Shown piece after piece: positions 1 to 9,415 of a DNA stretch of 64,000 nucleotides. The notes below the pieces were generated by a model, which was given only the letters and a program-made list of their open reading frames with translations, searched no databases and was not told the origin of the DNA. The translations under genes and the position numbers were made by a program. Numbering within the stretch: position 1 is the stretch's first letter; every line of letters begins with the position of its first letter. The DNA comes from an uncultured virus (IMG/VR IMGVR_UViG_3300025778_000013) (lineage: Duplodnaviria; Heunggongvirae; Uroviricota; Caudoviricetes), in the IMG/VR virus record IMGVR_UViG_3300025778_000013. One strand, written 5' to 3'.

Positions 1-16
1 AATTTAGGAGCAACAA

Positions 17-451
17 ATGGCAATTACTCAAGCAATGTGCGATTCGTTCAAGGTACAAATCCTTAGCGGTCAGCAAAATTTGGTGTCTGGTTCTTCCCAG
101 ACTTATAAACTCGCTTTGTATACAAGCTCAGCAACATTGAGCAACGCTACAACTGCATATACAACTGTGAACGAAGTAACAAGTTCAGGTTCTAACTACA
201 CTGCTGGTGGAAACACTTTGACAGTAAGCACAAGCCCAACATCTACTGGTAACGTGGCATTTATGTCATTTGCTAATACTTCTTGGACTAACGCTAACAT
301 CAGTGCAGCGGGCGCTTTGATTTATAACAGCACTGCTAATACCGCTGTTTGTGCATTGAGCTTCGGTAGTACAGTTACTTCAACTAACGGCACTTTTACC
401 GTGATATTTCCTACCGCAGCAGCAGGATCTGCAATTATTCAGATAGGTTAA
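17..451 (+). CDS. virion structural (tail/neck) protein
   Basis: AGGAG RBS; 144 aa T/S/A/N-rich beta-type protein (KLALYT, FTVIFP motifs) heading the tail genes. Confidence 0.7.
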   Translation: MAITQAMCDSFKVQILSGQQNLVSGSSQTYKLALYTSSATLSNATTAYTTVNEVTSSGSNYTAGGNTLTVSTSPTSTGNVAFMSFANTSWTNANISAAGALIYNSTANTAVCALSFGSTVTSTNGTFTVIFPTAAAGSAIIQIG

Positions 452-454
452 TTT

Positions 455-1036
455 GTGAAGCTTTGTATAGTTTGCAAAGCTCAAAAACCTTTAAGCGAGT
501 TCTACAAACGTAAGGACTCTCCTGATGGTTATCGTAACGACTGTAAAGATTGTCGTAAGGCAAATGCATCTCAAAGTTATTACAATAATCAAGAATCTTG
601 TAAATCTAGATACAAATTTGCACACGCTAAACGTATTGCAAATAACCCAAACTTTTATGCCGAGCGTTATGCAAAGCAAAGAGAAAAAAGTTTAGAGCAA
701 TCTAAGCAATATTACCAAGCAAACGCAGAAGAGCGCAAAGCTAAGCAGCGCCTGTGGAGCAAAACCAATCGTGGCATTGCTAACGCTCTTAGTCGCAAGT
801 ACAAGCTTAAAAAAGCTAAGGCTACACCACTATGGTTAACGCCCGAACAGCTTTATAATATGCAATGTACTTACAAAGTTGCGGCGCAATTGAGTGAGAC
901 TAGCAGTGAAAAATGGCATGTTGACCACATAGTGCCTATTCGTGGCAAAGATGTATGCGGGCTTCATGTACCTTGGAACTTACAACTATTACCGGCAAAA
1001 ATGAATATGACTAAAGGAAACAGAGTATGGCGTTAG
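455..1036 (+). CDS. HNH homing endonuclease with N-terminal Zn finger
   Basis: CxxC...CxxC N-terminus; WHVDHIVP...GLHVPWNLQ...N HNH core; GTG start. Confidence 0.9.
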   Translation: MKLCIVCKAQKPLSEFYKRKDSPDGYRNDCKDCRKANASQSYYNNQESCKSRYKFAHAKRIANNPNFYAERYAKQREKSLEQSKQYYQANAEERKAKQRLWSKTNRGIANALSRKYKLKKAKATPLWLTPEQLYNMQCTYKVAAQLSETSSEKWHVDHIVPIRGKDVCGLHVPWNLQLLPAKMNMTKGNRVWR

Positions 1037-2019
1037 TCGTCTTCGACCGAGTGAAAGAATCCAGTAATACTGCTGGTACTGGAACTATTGTTTTAGCTGG
1101 CGCTCAAGCTGGCTATCAGTCCTTTGCCGTTGTTGGTAATGCCAACACAACTTACTACACCATTGCAGATCAATCTGGGTCTAACTGGGAAGTAGGTATT
1201 GGCACGTACTATTCTGGTAACGTTTCGCTTGCCCGTACAACTATTCTTGCCTCATCAAACGCTAACGCTGCGGTATCTTTTGGGTCTAATACCAAAGACG
1301 TATTTATTACTTACCCAGCAGAAAAGTCTGTCAACCAAGATGCTACTGGTAACGTAACAGTAAGCCAATTTTTAACTGCAAACAATATTGTATCTGTTGG
1401 AAATACCGCAGTTAGTTCTAATGCTGGTGCTTTTTCTCTTGGCGCTCTTAGTTATTCAGATACTGGTATTTTTGCTTCTTACGCTAACACCGCTAATACC
1501 TACGTACAAATTATTGCTCAGAACTTAAGCAATGGAACTAATGCTTCTGTCGACTTTGTAGTAACAAACGATACTGGCACAGCATATGCAGACTTTGGTA
1601 TTACTTCTAGCAAATATACTGGATCTGGCGCACTTTCAGCAGCCAACGTAGCTTATATTTATGCTGGCGCTGCTGATCTTGTTGTTGGTACAGCAACTGC
1701 TAACTCGATTCACTTTGTTGTCAACAACTCTGCGGTTGATGCGTTTACTATTAATGCAAGCGGAGCTTTGGCAGCAAATGCTTCTTATGGTACTGCTGGT
1801 CAAGTATTAACATCTCAAGGTAATGCCGCTGCTCCTACATGGTCTACTTCATCTGGCGCTTTAGCTACAGGCAATAACTCAGTCTTATTGAATAATACTT
1901 ATATAACCTCAAATGGTACAATAGGTGCTGGTCAGAATGGTTTCTCTGTAGGACCAGTAACAACCGCAAACGGCGTAACATTAACAATTACTAGCGGTCA
2001 ACGTTGGGTGGTAATTTAA
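1027..2019 (+). CDS. tail fibre/tail structural protein
   Basis: MALVVFDRVKE N-terminus, GQVLTSQG...PTW fibre motif, C-terminal SVGPVT...GQRWVVI. Confidence 0.7.
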   Translation: MALVVFDRVKESSNTAGTGTIVLAGAQAGYQSFAVVGNANTTYYTIADQSGSNWEVGIGTYYSGNVSLARTTILASSNANAAVSFGSNTKDVFITYPAEKSVNQDATGNVTVSQFLTANNIVSVGNTAVSSNAGAFSLGALSYSDTGIFASYANTANTYVQIIAQNLSNGTNASVDFVVTNDTGTAYADFGITSSKYTGSGALSAANVAYIYAGAADLVVGTATANSIHFVVNNSAVDAFTINASGALAANASYGTAGQVLTSQGNAAAPTWSTSSGALATGNNSVLLNNTYITSNGTIGAGQNGFSVGPVTTANGVTLTITSGQRWVVI

Positions 2020-2020
2020 T

Positions 2021-3088
2021 ATGAGTACGATCAGCGCAGGAAATACAACAACAACGGCTTTAGTACAAACGGCTGACACTACTGGTAACTTAACTTTGGT
2101 AACCACTGGCGGCATGATATACGCCAACGCATCTACTGGTGGTTTTGTAGTGCCAACAGGCACATACGCACAACGTCCTGCATCTCCTGTAACGGGAACA
2201 ATTCGATATAACACAAGCAATAACGTAACTGAAATTTATTCAGGTGTTGGTTGGACTATAGTGACCGCACAATCTATTGTAGCTACTTATGTAATTGTAG
2301 GTGGGGGCGGTGCAGGTGGTGGAGGCTCTGGTGGTGGGGGTGGGGCAGGTGGTTATTTAACTGGAAGCTATACACTTACACCAACAAACGTATACAACAT
2401 TACTATTGGTGCTGGTGGCGCTGGTGGCGCTGGAACAGGCGCAAATGGAGCAAATACAACGGCTTTAGGATATACGGCTGTTGGTGGTGGCTATGGTGGT
2501 TCTGGCTCTAATGGCGCTTCTGGAGGTTCAGGAGGAGGAGGCTCTGGTAATGCTTACACAGGCGGAGCTGGCACTTCTGGTCAAGGTTATGCTGGAGGCA
2601 CAGGTTCTGTTGGATCTGGTGGCGGTGGTAGCGGAGTTGGTTACGATGCTGCAGGCGGAGGTGGTGCTGGTGGAGTTGGAGCAAACGGTTTAACAACATC
2701 TTCAGGTGCTGGCGGGGATGGATTAAGTAGCTCAATTACAGGTTCAGTTGCATATTTCGCTGGTGGTGGCGGTGGCGGATGCGATACATATAGAGGAATT
2801 ACATCTGGTGGTGGTGGTGGCGCAGGTGGTGGTGGTGCTGGTTCTACAACAGCATCTACTGCAGGCTCTGCTGGAACATCTAACACAGGTGGTGGCGGTG
2901 GCGGAGGTGCTAACGGACCAACAGGTGGTGGAGCAAGTGGTAATGGTGGTAATGGTGGTTCAGGAGTAGTTTATTTATCTGTACCAACAATTCAATACAC
3001 AGGCACTACTACTGGAAGCCCTGTTGTGGCAACATCAGGCGGCAATACAATTATGAAATTTACAAGTAGCGGAAGCTACACGGCTTAA
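2021..3088 (+). CDS. glycine-rich domain virion protein (paralog 1)
   Basis: GGGGxGG tracts, GGSGVV, C-terminal KFTSSGSYTA. Confidence 0.75.
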   Translation: MSTISAGNTTTTALVQTADTTGNLTLVTTGGMIYANASTGGFVVPTGTYAQRPASPVTGTIRYNTSNNVTEIYSGVGWTIVTAQSIVATYVIVGGGGAGGGGSGGGGGAGGYLTGSYTLTPTNVYNITIGAGGAGGAGTGANGANTTALGYTAVGGGYGGSGSNGASGGSGGGGSGNAYTGGAGTSGQGYAGGTGSVGSGGGGSGVGYDAAGGGGAGGVGANGLTTSSGAGGDGLSSSITGSVAYFAGGGGGGCDTYRGITSGGGGGAGGGGAGSTTASTAGSAGTSNTGGGGGGGANGPTGGGASGNGGNGGSGVVYLSVPTIQYTGTTTGSPVVATSGGNTIMKFTSSGSYTA

Positions 3089-3103
3089 CAAAGGAGATAT
3101 TAC

Positions 3104-3457
3104 ATGAGCCATTATGCAAAAGTAGTAGATGGCAAAGTGACACAAGTGATTGTCGCTGAAGCCGATTTTTTTAAAACATTTGTGGATTCTAGTCCTGGTC
3201 AATGGATTCAGACTTCATACAACACTATTGGCGGGCAGCATACACAAGGCGGTACTCCGTTGCGTGGAAACTACGCTGGTATTGGTTATACATACGACCA
3301 AGCTAATGATGTGTTTTATGCACCTCAACCTTTTCCATCTTGGACAATATCAGCTCCTACATGGCAATGGCAAGCGCCAACACCAATGCCTACAGACGGT
3401 AAAGTCTATATTTGGGATGAGCCTACAGTATCTTGGAAAGAAGTAGTACCTGCTTAA
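3104..3457 (+). CDS. conserved phage protein accompanying Gly-rich fibre genes
   Basis: AAGGAG RBS; WIQTSYN...RGNYAGIGYTYD...PQPFPSW signature. Confidence 0.7.
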   Translation: MSHYAKVVDGKVTQVIVAEADFFKTFVDSSPGQWIQTSYNTIGGQHTQGGTPLRGNYAGIGYTYDQANDVFYAPQPFPSWTISAPTWQWQAPTPMPTDGKVYIWDEPTVSWKEVVPA

Positions 3458-3466
3458 GGATTAAAG

Positions 3467-4684
3467 ATGACCACTATTATTGGCGGAAGTGTTCCAAACA
3501 TTACATTTAGTGATGGAACAACACAAAACTCAGCTACTTCTGGTGGCGGTGGTGGTCCTGGTGCGTTTCAAGCAATTCAATCTGCTAACTTTACAGCTAC
3601 TGCAAACAATATCTATGCTGTAAACACTGCTGCTGCGACTATTTATGCAGCACTTCCAGCTACTCCAAGCGTTGGGCAGTATGTAACTTTTATTGATTTT
3701 GCTAGAACTTTTGGCACTAACAACCTAATTATTAACCCTAACGGTAGTTTAGTAGAAGGGCTTAGTAATACCTCTACCATTGGTACAAATGGCGCATCAG
3801 TATCTGCAATTTATTCTGGTTCTGTTCAGGGGTGGATTCAGTATGCTGGTGTATCTATTCCGCAAATTGGTGGTTATTCTGTTTCCGTATTGGCTGTTGC
3901 TGGTGGTGGCGGTGGCGGTGGCCCTTATGGTGGCGGTGGCGGTGCTGGTGGATTTTTAGCAACTTCTGGAACAGTAACTCCCGGTTCTGCTTATTCAGTA
4001 ACGGTAGGTGCGGGAGGTTCAGCAGGTGCTGCTGCATTAGATCCAACAACCGCCGCAGGTGGAAATGGCGGAAACACATCTATTGTTGGTGGTTCGTTGA
4101 CTGTCGTTGCAATAGGCGGCGGTGGCGGTGCTGGATACGGATCTAATGACTATAGGGGTGTAGGAAAAAATGGTGGGTCAGGCGGTGGTAATAGCGATTG
4201 CAATACTGCTACTAGTTCTGGAACATTTGGTCAAGGCTATGGCGGCGGTATATCTGGAATGTCATCCAACTATGGCGGTGGTGGTGGCGGTGGCGCTGCT
4301 TCAGCGGGTGGAAGTGGAACTACCTCTAACGGAGGAACCGGGGGTACTGGTTCTGTTTCTACAATTACTGGTTCATCTGTAACCTATGCAGGTGGTGGTG
4401 GTGGCGGTACATATGTTGGTGGAACGGGTGGAACAGGTGGAACAGGTGGTGGTGGTAACGGCTCAGGAAGTGGTGCTGGTTCTGCTGGCTCTGCAAACAC
4501 TGGTGGTGGTGGCGGCGGCGGTTTTGAAAGTAATACTCCAACAGCATATGCTGGAGGTGCTGGTGGGTCTGGCGTAATTATTATTTCTTACCAAGGCTCT
4601 CAGCGTGGCTCTGGAGGTACAGTAACATCCGCTGGTGGTTACACAATCCACACATTTACATCATCTGGCACATATACGGCTTAA
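3467..4684 (+). CDS. glycine-rich domain virion protein (paralog 2)
   Basis: N-terminal VNT...LPATPSVG beta domain plus Gly-rich domain ending HTFTSSGTYTA. Confidence 0.75.
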   Translation: MTTIIGGSVPNITFSDGTTQNSATSGGGGGPGAFQAIQSANFTATANNIYAVNTAAATIYAALPATPSVGQYVTFIDFARTFGTNNLIINPNGSLVEGLSNTSTIGTNGASVSAIYSGSVQGWIQYAGVSIPQIGGYSVSVLAVAGGGGGGGPYGGGGGAGGFLATSGTVTPGSAYSVTVGAGGSAGAAALDPTTAAGGNGGNTSIVGGSLTVVAIGGGGGAGYGSNDYRGVGKNGGSGGGNSDCNTATSSGTFGQGYGGGISGMSSNYGGGGGGGAASAGGSGTTSNGGTGGTGSVSTITGSSVTYAGGGGGGTYVGGTGGTGGTGGGGNGSGSGAGSAGSANTGGGGGGGFESNTPTAYAGGAGGSGVIIISYQGSQRGSGGTVTSAGGYTIHTFTSSGTYTA

Positions 4685-4693
4685 GGAAAAATA

Positions 4694-5986
4694 ATGGCTT
4701 CAACTATTAATGCCGACAATGGCGTAATTTCAGGAATAACAGGAATTCGCACAACTGCGGATAACACAGGAAACCTTGCGCTCCAAGCTAATGGCGTAAC
4801 GCTTTTAACTGTAGCTACAAATAATACGATTGTATTAGGAAATACCCTTAAGTTTGCTGATGGCTCAACTGCTAATACTGCAGCCTCTGGCGGTCCTGGA
4901 ACTGCAAACGTACAAAGCGCTAACTTTACTGCCGTATCTGGCTATGTTTATGGGGTCAATACTACAGCTAATGCCGTAACTTTAACGCTCCCCGCTTCGC
5001 CAACGGTTGGTAATTTTGTTAGTATTGTTGATTACAACAGAACATTTAACGTCAATAACTGCATCATTAACCCAAACGGTAATAAAGTTGCAAACACCAC
5101 TGTTAATACCACATTAAACCTAGCAGGAACTCAGCTTACTCTTTTTTACATGGATTCCACACAAGGCTGGCTGCAAGTATCTGGCGCACAATCACAGTTT
5201 GTTGGTGGGTATTCGGCTTCGTATTTAGTAGTTGCTGGCGGTGGGGGTGGATCTTCTGGACAAGTTGGCGGTGGTGGTGGTGGTGCTGGTGGGTTGTTAA
5301 GCGGTAGCACTACTCTTGCCCCAGGAACAGTTTTTGCAGTTACAGTTGGTGGCGGTGGTGCTGGTGGTGTAAATTCTTCTGGTACAAACGGTTCAAACGG
5401 AAGCGCTTCATCTTTTGGTTCTATTGTTACCACAGTTGGTGGTGGTGGTTCTAGTAACGCTGGTGGTTCTGGCGGAGGATCAAGCTCTACAAATGCTGGA
5501 CAACCAGGAACATCTGGTCAAGGTAATGCTGGTGGATCTGGTTCTTCTGGAAATGGATATAACTGCGGTGGTGGTGGTGGTGGAGCAGGTTCTGCAGGCT
5601 CAAGTACAGGAAATGGACCTAATGGAGCAAATGGTGGAAATGGTTTAGCTTCTACTATTACAGGGTCATCTGTTTATTACGCTGGTGGCGGTGGTGGCGG
5701 TTCTGATGGTCGTGTTAGTGGCTCAAACGGTTCTGGCGGTACTGGAGGTGGTGGTAACGGATCATACTCTGGCGGAGGATCTGCTGGTGGAACAAATACT
5801 GGTGGCGGTGGTGGCGGTCAAGGATACAACGGTGGAAATGGTAATGCTGGCGGGTCTGGGATTGTTATTATTTCTTACGCCAATTCAACTCAAAGAGGTA
5901 CTGGCGGTACAGTAACATCTTATTCATCTGGTGGAAATACCTATTGGGTTCACACATTTACAACTAGCGGCAATTACACAGCATAG
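4694..5986 (+). CDS. glycine-rich domain virion protein (paralog 3)
   Basis: Same two-domain layout as 3467-4684, ending HTFTTSGNYTA. Confidence 0.75.
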   Translation: MASTINADNGVISGITGIRTTADNTGNLALQANGVTLLTVATNNTIVLGNTLKFADGSTANTAASGGPGTANVQSANFTAVSGYVYGVNTTANAVTLTLPASPTVGNFVSIVDYNRTFNVNNCIINPNGNKVANTTVNTTLNLAGTQLTLFYMDSTQGWLQVSGAQSQFVGGYSASYLVVAGGGGGSSGQVGGGGGGAGGLLSGSTTLAPGTVFAVTVGGGGAGGVNSSGTNGSNGSASSFGSIVTTVGGGGSSNAGGSGGGSSSTNAGQPGTSGQGNAGGSGSSGNGYNCGGGGGGAGSAGSSTGNGPNGANGGNGLASTITGSSVYYAGGGGGGSDGRVSGSNGSGGTGGGGNGSYSGGGSAGGTNTGGGGGGQGYNGGNGNAGGSGIVIISYANSTQRGTGGTVTSYSSGGNTYWVHTFTTSGNYTA

Positions 5987-5994
5987 GGTAGACC

Positions 5995-6966
5995 ATGTTC
6001 GGTTTTAGCCCATTCGCCTCAGCCCCCTTTGCAGATACAGGTGGTGTAACCCCGGTACCAGCGTCAGTCACGCTTACTGGTGTAGTAGGTATTGGGCAAG
6101 TCGGAACTGCGGTAGCGGCGGCAGCAGGTAATTTCTACGCAACAGGTATTGTTGCAATCGGTAGAGTCGGCACAGTAACAGAAGCTGCAAATGCCAATAC
6201 ATTCTTAACAGGAATCAGCGCACCGGGTCAAATCAATAGCGTAACCGAAACCGCTGCAGCAAATGTTTATTTAACAGGCATAAGCGCTCCGGGGCAAATA
6301 AACCCAGTAAACGTTGTTGTTCCAAACGTCATGGTAATGTTGACTGGCGTAGTTGGTATAGGGCGTACGGGTTTCTTATCTACTCAAGACGATGGACAAA
6401 TAGGGGTTACTGGACTAGTCGGATTAGGCCAAATTCATTCCGTATTTACTACGGCTGCTGCTAATGCAACAGTAACTGGGGTTCGTGGTTTAGGTCAAAT
6501 TAATTCTGTATCTTATGCGGAAGAGGCAAATATTGCCGTAACAGGTATAAATGCGCCGGGCCAAGTCAACCCAGTATCTGAAAAAGCCAATGTAAATATC
6601 TTAGTAACAGGCCTAAATGCCCCAGGCCAAATCAATAGCGTTAACATAAAGATATCTCCAAATGTAAATTTGACTGGATTGGTAGGTCTTGGTATTGTAG
6701 GAAATGCTTATGCTTCTGTAGCCATAGTACAGCCAGTAACAGGAGTTGTAGCAATAGGTCGAGTAGGCACTGCAAACGCCACAGGAACAACAAATGTGGT
6801 CTTAACAGGAGTCGTTGCAAGGGGTATAATTGGACAAGTCCTTGTTTGGGGTCAAATTCCTGACGACCAAAACCCTAATTGGACAGAAATTAATGATTCT
6901 GGTACAGATGGGTGGACGGCAATTGATGATTCAGAAACCGCAAATTGGGAACTTATAGCAGCATAA
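5995..6966 (+). CDS. virion structural protein with ~28-aa TG..A.GQ.. repeats
   Basis: MFGFSPFASAPFA start, repeated LTG(I/V)xxxG(Q/R)(I/V), C-terminal W-repeats. Confidence 0.65.
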   Translation: MFGFSPFASAPFADTGGVTPVPASVTLTGVVGIGQVGTAVAAAAGNFYATGIVAIGRVGTVTEAANANTFLTGISAPGQINSVTETAAANVYLTGISAPGQINPVNVVVPNVMVMLTGVVGIGRTGFLSTQDDGQIGVTGLVGLGQIHSVFTTAAANATVTGVRGLGQINSVSYAEEANIAVTGINAPGQVNPVSEKANVNILVTGLNAPGQINSVNIKISPNVNLTGLVGLGIVGNAYASVAIVQPVTGVVAIGRVGTANATGTTNVVLTGVVARGIIGQVLVWGQIPDDQNPNWTEINDSGTDGWTAIDDSETANWELIAA

Positions 6967-6975
6967 AGGACAAAC

Positions 6976-7938
6976 ATGGCATCTACATACAGCACAAGCC
7001 TAGGGCTTGAATTAATCGGTCAGGGCGAACAGTCCGGCACTTGGGGTATTACAACCAATAATAATTTTGGAACCCTTGTTGAGCAGGCAATTACTGGTGT
7101 GCAAACAATCACCATGTCAAACGCTACCTACACCCTGTCTTTTTATCAAGGCGCATCTGACGAAGCCAGAAATGCTGTTTTGGTTGTAAAAGGAACTAAC
7201 TTAGCCCCACAAAACTTAATTGCTCCAGGGGTTAATAAAACCTATATTGTTAGCAACCAAAGCGGTAACACAGTTAACATTACGACTAGCGGCGGCAATG
7301 GCATTTCTATTTTAAGCAATACAACTGCATTAGTTTATTGCGACGGAACTAATTTTTATAGCGCAACACCTTCTTTAAATAGTGTTATTGGTAACTTGTC
7401 TGTTACTGGATCTGGTTCTTTTGGTAGTAACGTAACTGCCACTAATAATATTGTGGCTGGCGCAAACGCAGCGGTGGGTGGAAATTTAGTTGTTACAGGC
7501 GCTATTTCTGCTGGTTCATTTACAGGCATTACTGGACGGATCGTACAAACTGTAGTTGCTTCTAGGTCAATTGGGTTTTTTACAACCAGCGGATCTCCAG
7601 TACCTTCGGGGGTTACCGCAACAATTACGCCGACATCAACTGCAAGTAAAATTTTGGTTTTATGGACTAGTGCCCAAGCAGCGCCTAATGGTTCTGGTGG
7701 TAATCCTTCTGGTAACTCATACGTATCTATGTACCGCAATGGTTCAAACTTAGCTGGTGGAACAAACTTTATGTGTGATGGATTAGCAGACGATAGTAAC
7801 TTGTATTTTAACTGCGCCATGTCTATTTTAGATTCCCCTGCTACAACAAGTTCTCTTACTTACCAACCGTATGTTTGGGCGGATATTAATGCGGGTATTT
7901 ATGGGTATGCTAACTTTATTTTGATGGAGATTTTATAA
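6976..7938 (+). CDS. tail fibre protein
   Basis: MASTYST...GEQSGTWG head-binding-like N-terminus; ITPTSTASKILV...DSPATTSSLTY tip domain. Confidence 0.75.
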   Translation: MASTYSTSLGLELIGQGEQSGTWGITTNNNFGTLVEQAITGVQTITMSNATYTLSFYQGASDEARNAVLVVKGTNLAPQNLIAPGVNKTYIVSNQSGNTVNITTSGGNGISILSNTTALVYCDGTNFYSATPSLNSVIGNLSVTGSGSFGSNVTATNNIVAGANAAVGGNLVVTGAISAGSFTGITGRIVQTVVASRSIGFFTTSGSPVPSGVTATITPTSTASKILVLWTSAQAAPNGSGGNPSGNSYVSMYRNGSNLAGGTNFMCDGLADDSNLYFNCAMSILDSPATTSSLTYQPYVWADINAGIYGYANFILMEIL

Positions 7939-8315
7939 TGTCAGCAACGGTTTTTGATGCGCTTCTAGCGTTAACCCCAACAGCTAAATTTGGTGTAAGG
8001 GATAATACTTATGCAGGTATTGATTGGTATTCACCAGATATCCTACAACCTAGCGAAGCAGAAGTGGATAATGAAATTATTAGGCTTGACGCACAAGCAC
8101 CACTTACTGCCTGCCAACAAAAGGCTTCTCAGCTTTTGTACCAAACCGACTGGACAACTATTGCTGATGTATCGGATCCAGCTAAGTCAAACCCATATTT
8201 AACAAACGCTGCCGAATTTAACACATATCGTAATACCGTTCGCCAATACGCAATTAACCCTGTAGCCGACCCTACTTGGCCTTCACAGCCAACAGCACAG
8301 TGGAGTAGCAAATGA
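7938..8315 (+). CDS. tail fibre assembly chaperone-like protein
   Basis: LLYQTDWT...YRNTVR...WPSQP motif directly after the fibre gene. Confidence 0.7.
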   Translation: MSATVFDALLALTPTAKFGVRDNTYAGIDWYSPDILQPSEAEVDNEIIRLDAQAPLTACQQKASQLLYQTDWTTIADVSDPAKSNPYLTNAAEFNTYRNTVRQYAINPVADPTWPSQPTAQWSSK

Positions 8316-8479
8316 GCGATACCAAAATAGAACTTGCGTGCCCAGAGTGCAAAAAGGAAGTAACGCAGATAGAGCTTGCTTGTAATTCATGTAGTTTTTG
8401 CCATGCGGAGTTAAAAGCACCTATTCAAAACGCAACAGTTACAGTAGATCCCTTGCCGATGTTTGGTATTACCTTTTAA
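8312..8479 (+). CDS. small zinc-ribbon protein (55 aa, not in ORF track)
   Basis: ATGA overlap with upstream stop; MSDTKIELACPECKKEV...CNSCSFCHAEL. Confidence 0.65.
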   Translation: MSDTKIELACPECKKEVTQIELACNSCSFCHAELKAPIQNATVTVDPLPMFGITF

Positions 8480-8487
8480 GGAATAGT

Positions 8488-8715
8488 ATGAAAAAACTAA
8501 TTAAAAAAGCTTTGGCGTTATTTAAAAAGCCAAAAGAAGAAGTGGTAGTAGATCCATTAGAAGCCGCTTGGCCTTTTCCTGTGCCTGCAGAAAAGAAGAA
8601 ACCGAAAGTGGCAAAAGCCACAACTCGCCCTAAAAAACCAGCGGTAGTTGCTAAAACCGCAGCCAGTACCGTAGCTAAAAAGCCTGCTAAAAAAACCACA
8701 AAAAAGGTGAAATAA
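8488..8715 (+). CDS. small Lys/Ala/Pro-rich basic protein
   Basis: AAGGA RBS before ATG 8488; AWPFP motif; KKPA/KKT repeats. Confidence 0.6.
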   Translation: MKKLIKKALALFKKPKEEVVVDPLEAAWPFPVPAEKKKPKVAKATTRPKKPAVVAKTAASTVAKKPAKKTTKKVK

Positions 8716-8723
8716 AGTGAGGT

Positions 8724-9179
8724 ATGGTAGACCCGTTTGGTATAGCCGAAGGAGCGAAAGCTTTTAGTGGTGGCCTTAATGCGAGTCATGAGGCTGCTAA
8801 AAGTTTATCCAAAAGTGTTGAGAATATCCACCAAGATGGTCTGGATATAGCGCAGAGAAAAGCCAAAGAGAGACGGTTAGCGGTACGGGAAGCAGAGTTA
8901 AAGAAGGAAAAGGCGCTGATTAAAGCGCTTGAGCAGTGGAAGCATAAGAAGCAAATCTCCGATGAGGAGGCGAATCTAAAGATTCAGTTTGTAAAGAAGT
9001 ATGGAGCAAAAGAATGGGATGCAGTATTAAAGATTAAGTTAGATATTGAAAACATGGAACGCAAAGAAAATGAGGAGTTCCAGCACGACGCAAAAACAAT
9101 ACAGCGTGTAAAAATATGGTGTTGGGTTGCAGCTTTTATAGTAACTTTGTGGCTTAAATTTGTATTAGGAGTTATTTAA
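8724..9179 (+). CDS. hypothetical coiled-coil protein with C-terminal TM (lysis region)
   Basis: GAGG RBS; hydrophobic C-terminus. Confidence 0.6.
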   Translation: MVDPFGIAEGAKAFSGGLNASHEAAKSLSKSVENIHQDGLDIAQRKAKERRLAVREAELKKEKALIKALEQWKHKKQISDEEANLKIQFVKKYGAKEWDAVLKIKLDIENMERKENEEFQHDAKTIQRVKIWCWVAAFIVTLWLKFVLGVI

Positions 9180-9415
9180 TGAATAAGATTTTTCAAACAA
9201 TGATGACCGGAAAAGATAACCATACGCATGATATTGCAAAATGGGCTTGGCTGGGCGGCTTTATCATTATTGCTGCCGCTGCTATTTATCTTATCTATGC
9301 AGGGCATGAAATCAACCTCATGGAATTAGCTGGCGCATTGGGCGCTAACTCAGGTTTAAATGCGGCATCGGTTGCTGGTAAACAGCTAGCTGGAGCGGAG
9401 CCTGACCCACAATGA
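9179..9415 (+). CDS. putative holin
   Basis: 78 aa with 1-2 TM segments directly upstream of spanins and endolysin. Confidence 0.55.
   Translation: MNKIFQTMMTGKDNHTHDIAKWAWLGGFIIIAAAAIYLIYAGHEINLMELAGALGANSGLNAASVAGKQLAGAEPDPQ

Noticed and set aside
440..1040. Group I intron around the HNH gene
   Set aside because: Both flanking genes are intact and there is no non-coding space for an intron core.
2251..5915. Many alternate-frame and antisense ORFs (W/R-rich, V-rich, P-rich) over the Gly-rich genes
   Set aside because: They are artefacts of stop-free GGT/GGC repeats; no RBS and no protein-like composition.
2021..5986. Diversity-generating retroelement suggested by similar C-termini
   Set aside because: No reverse transcriptase, and the differences are not adenine-specific; ordinary paralogy explains it.
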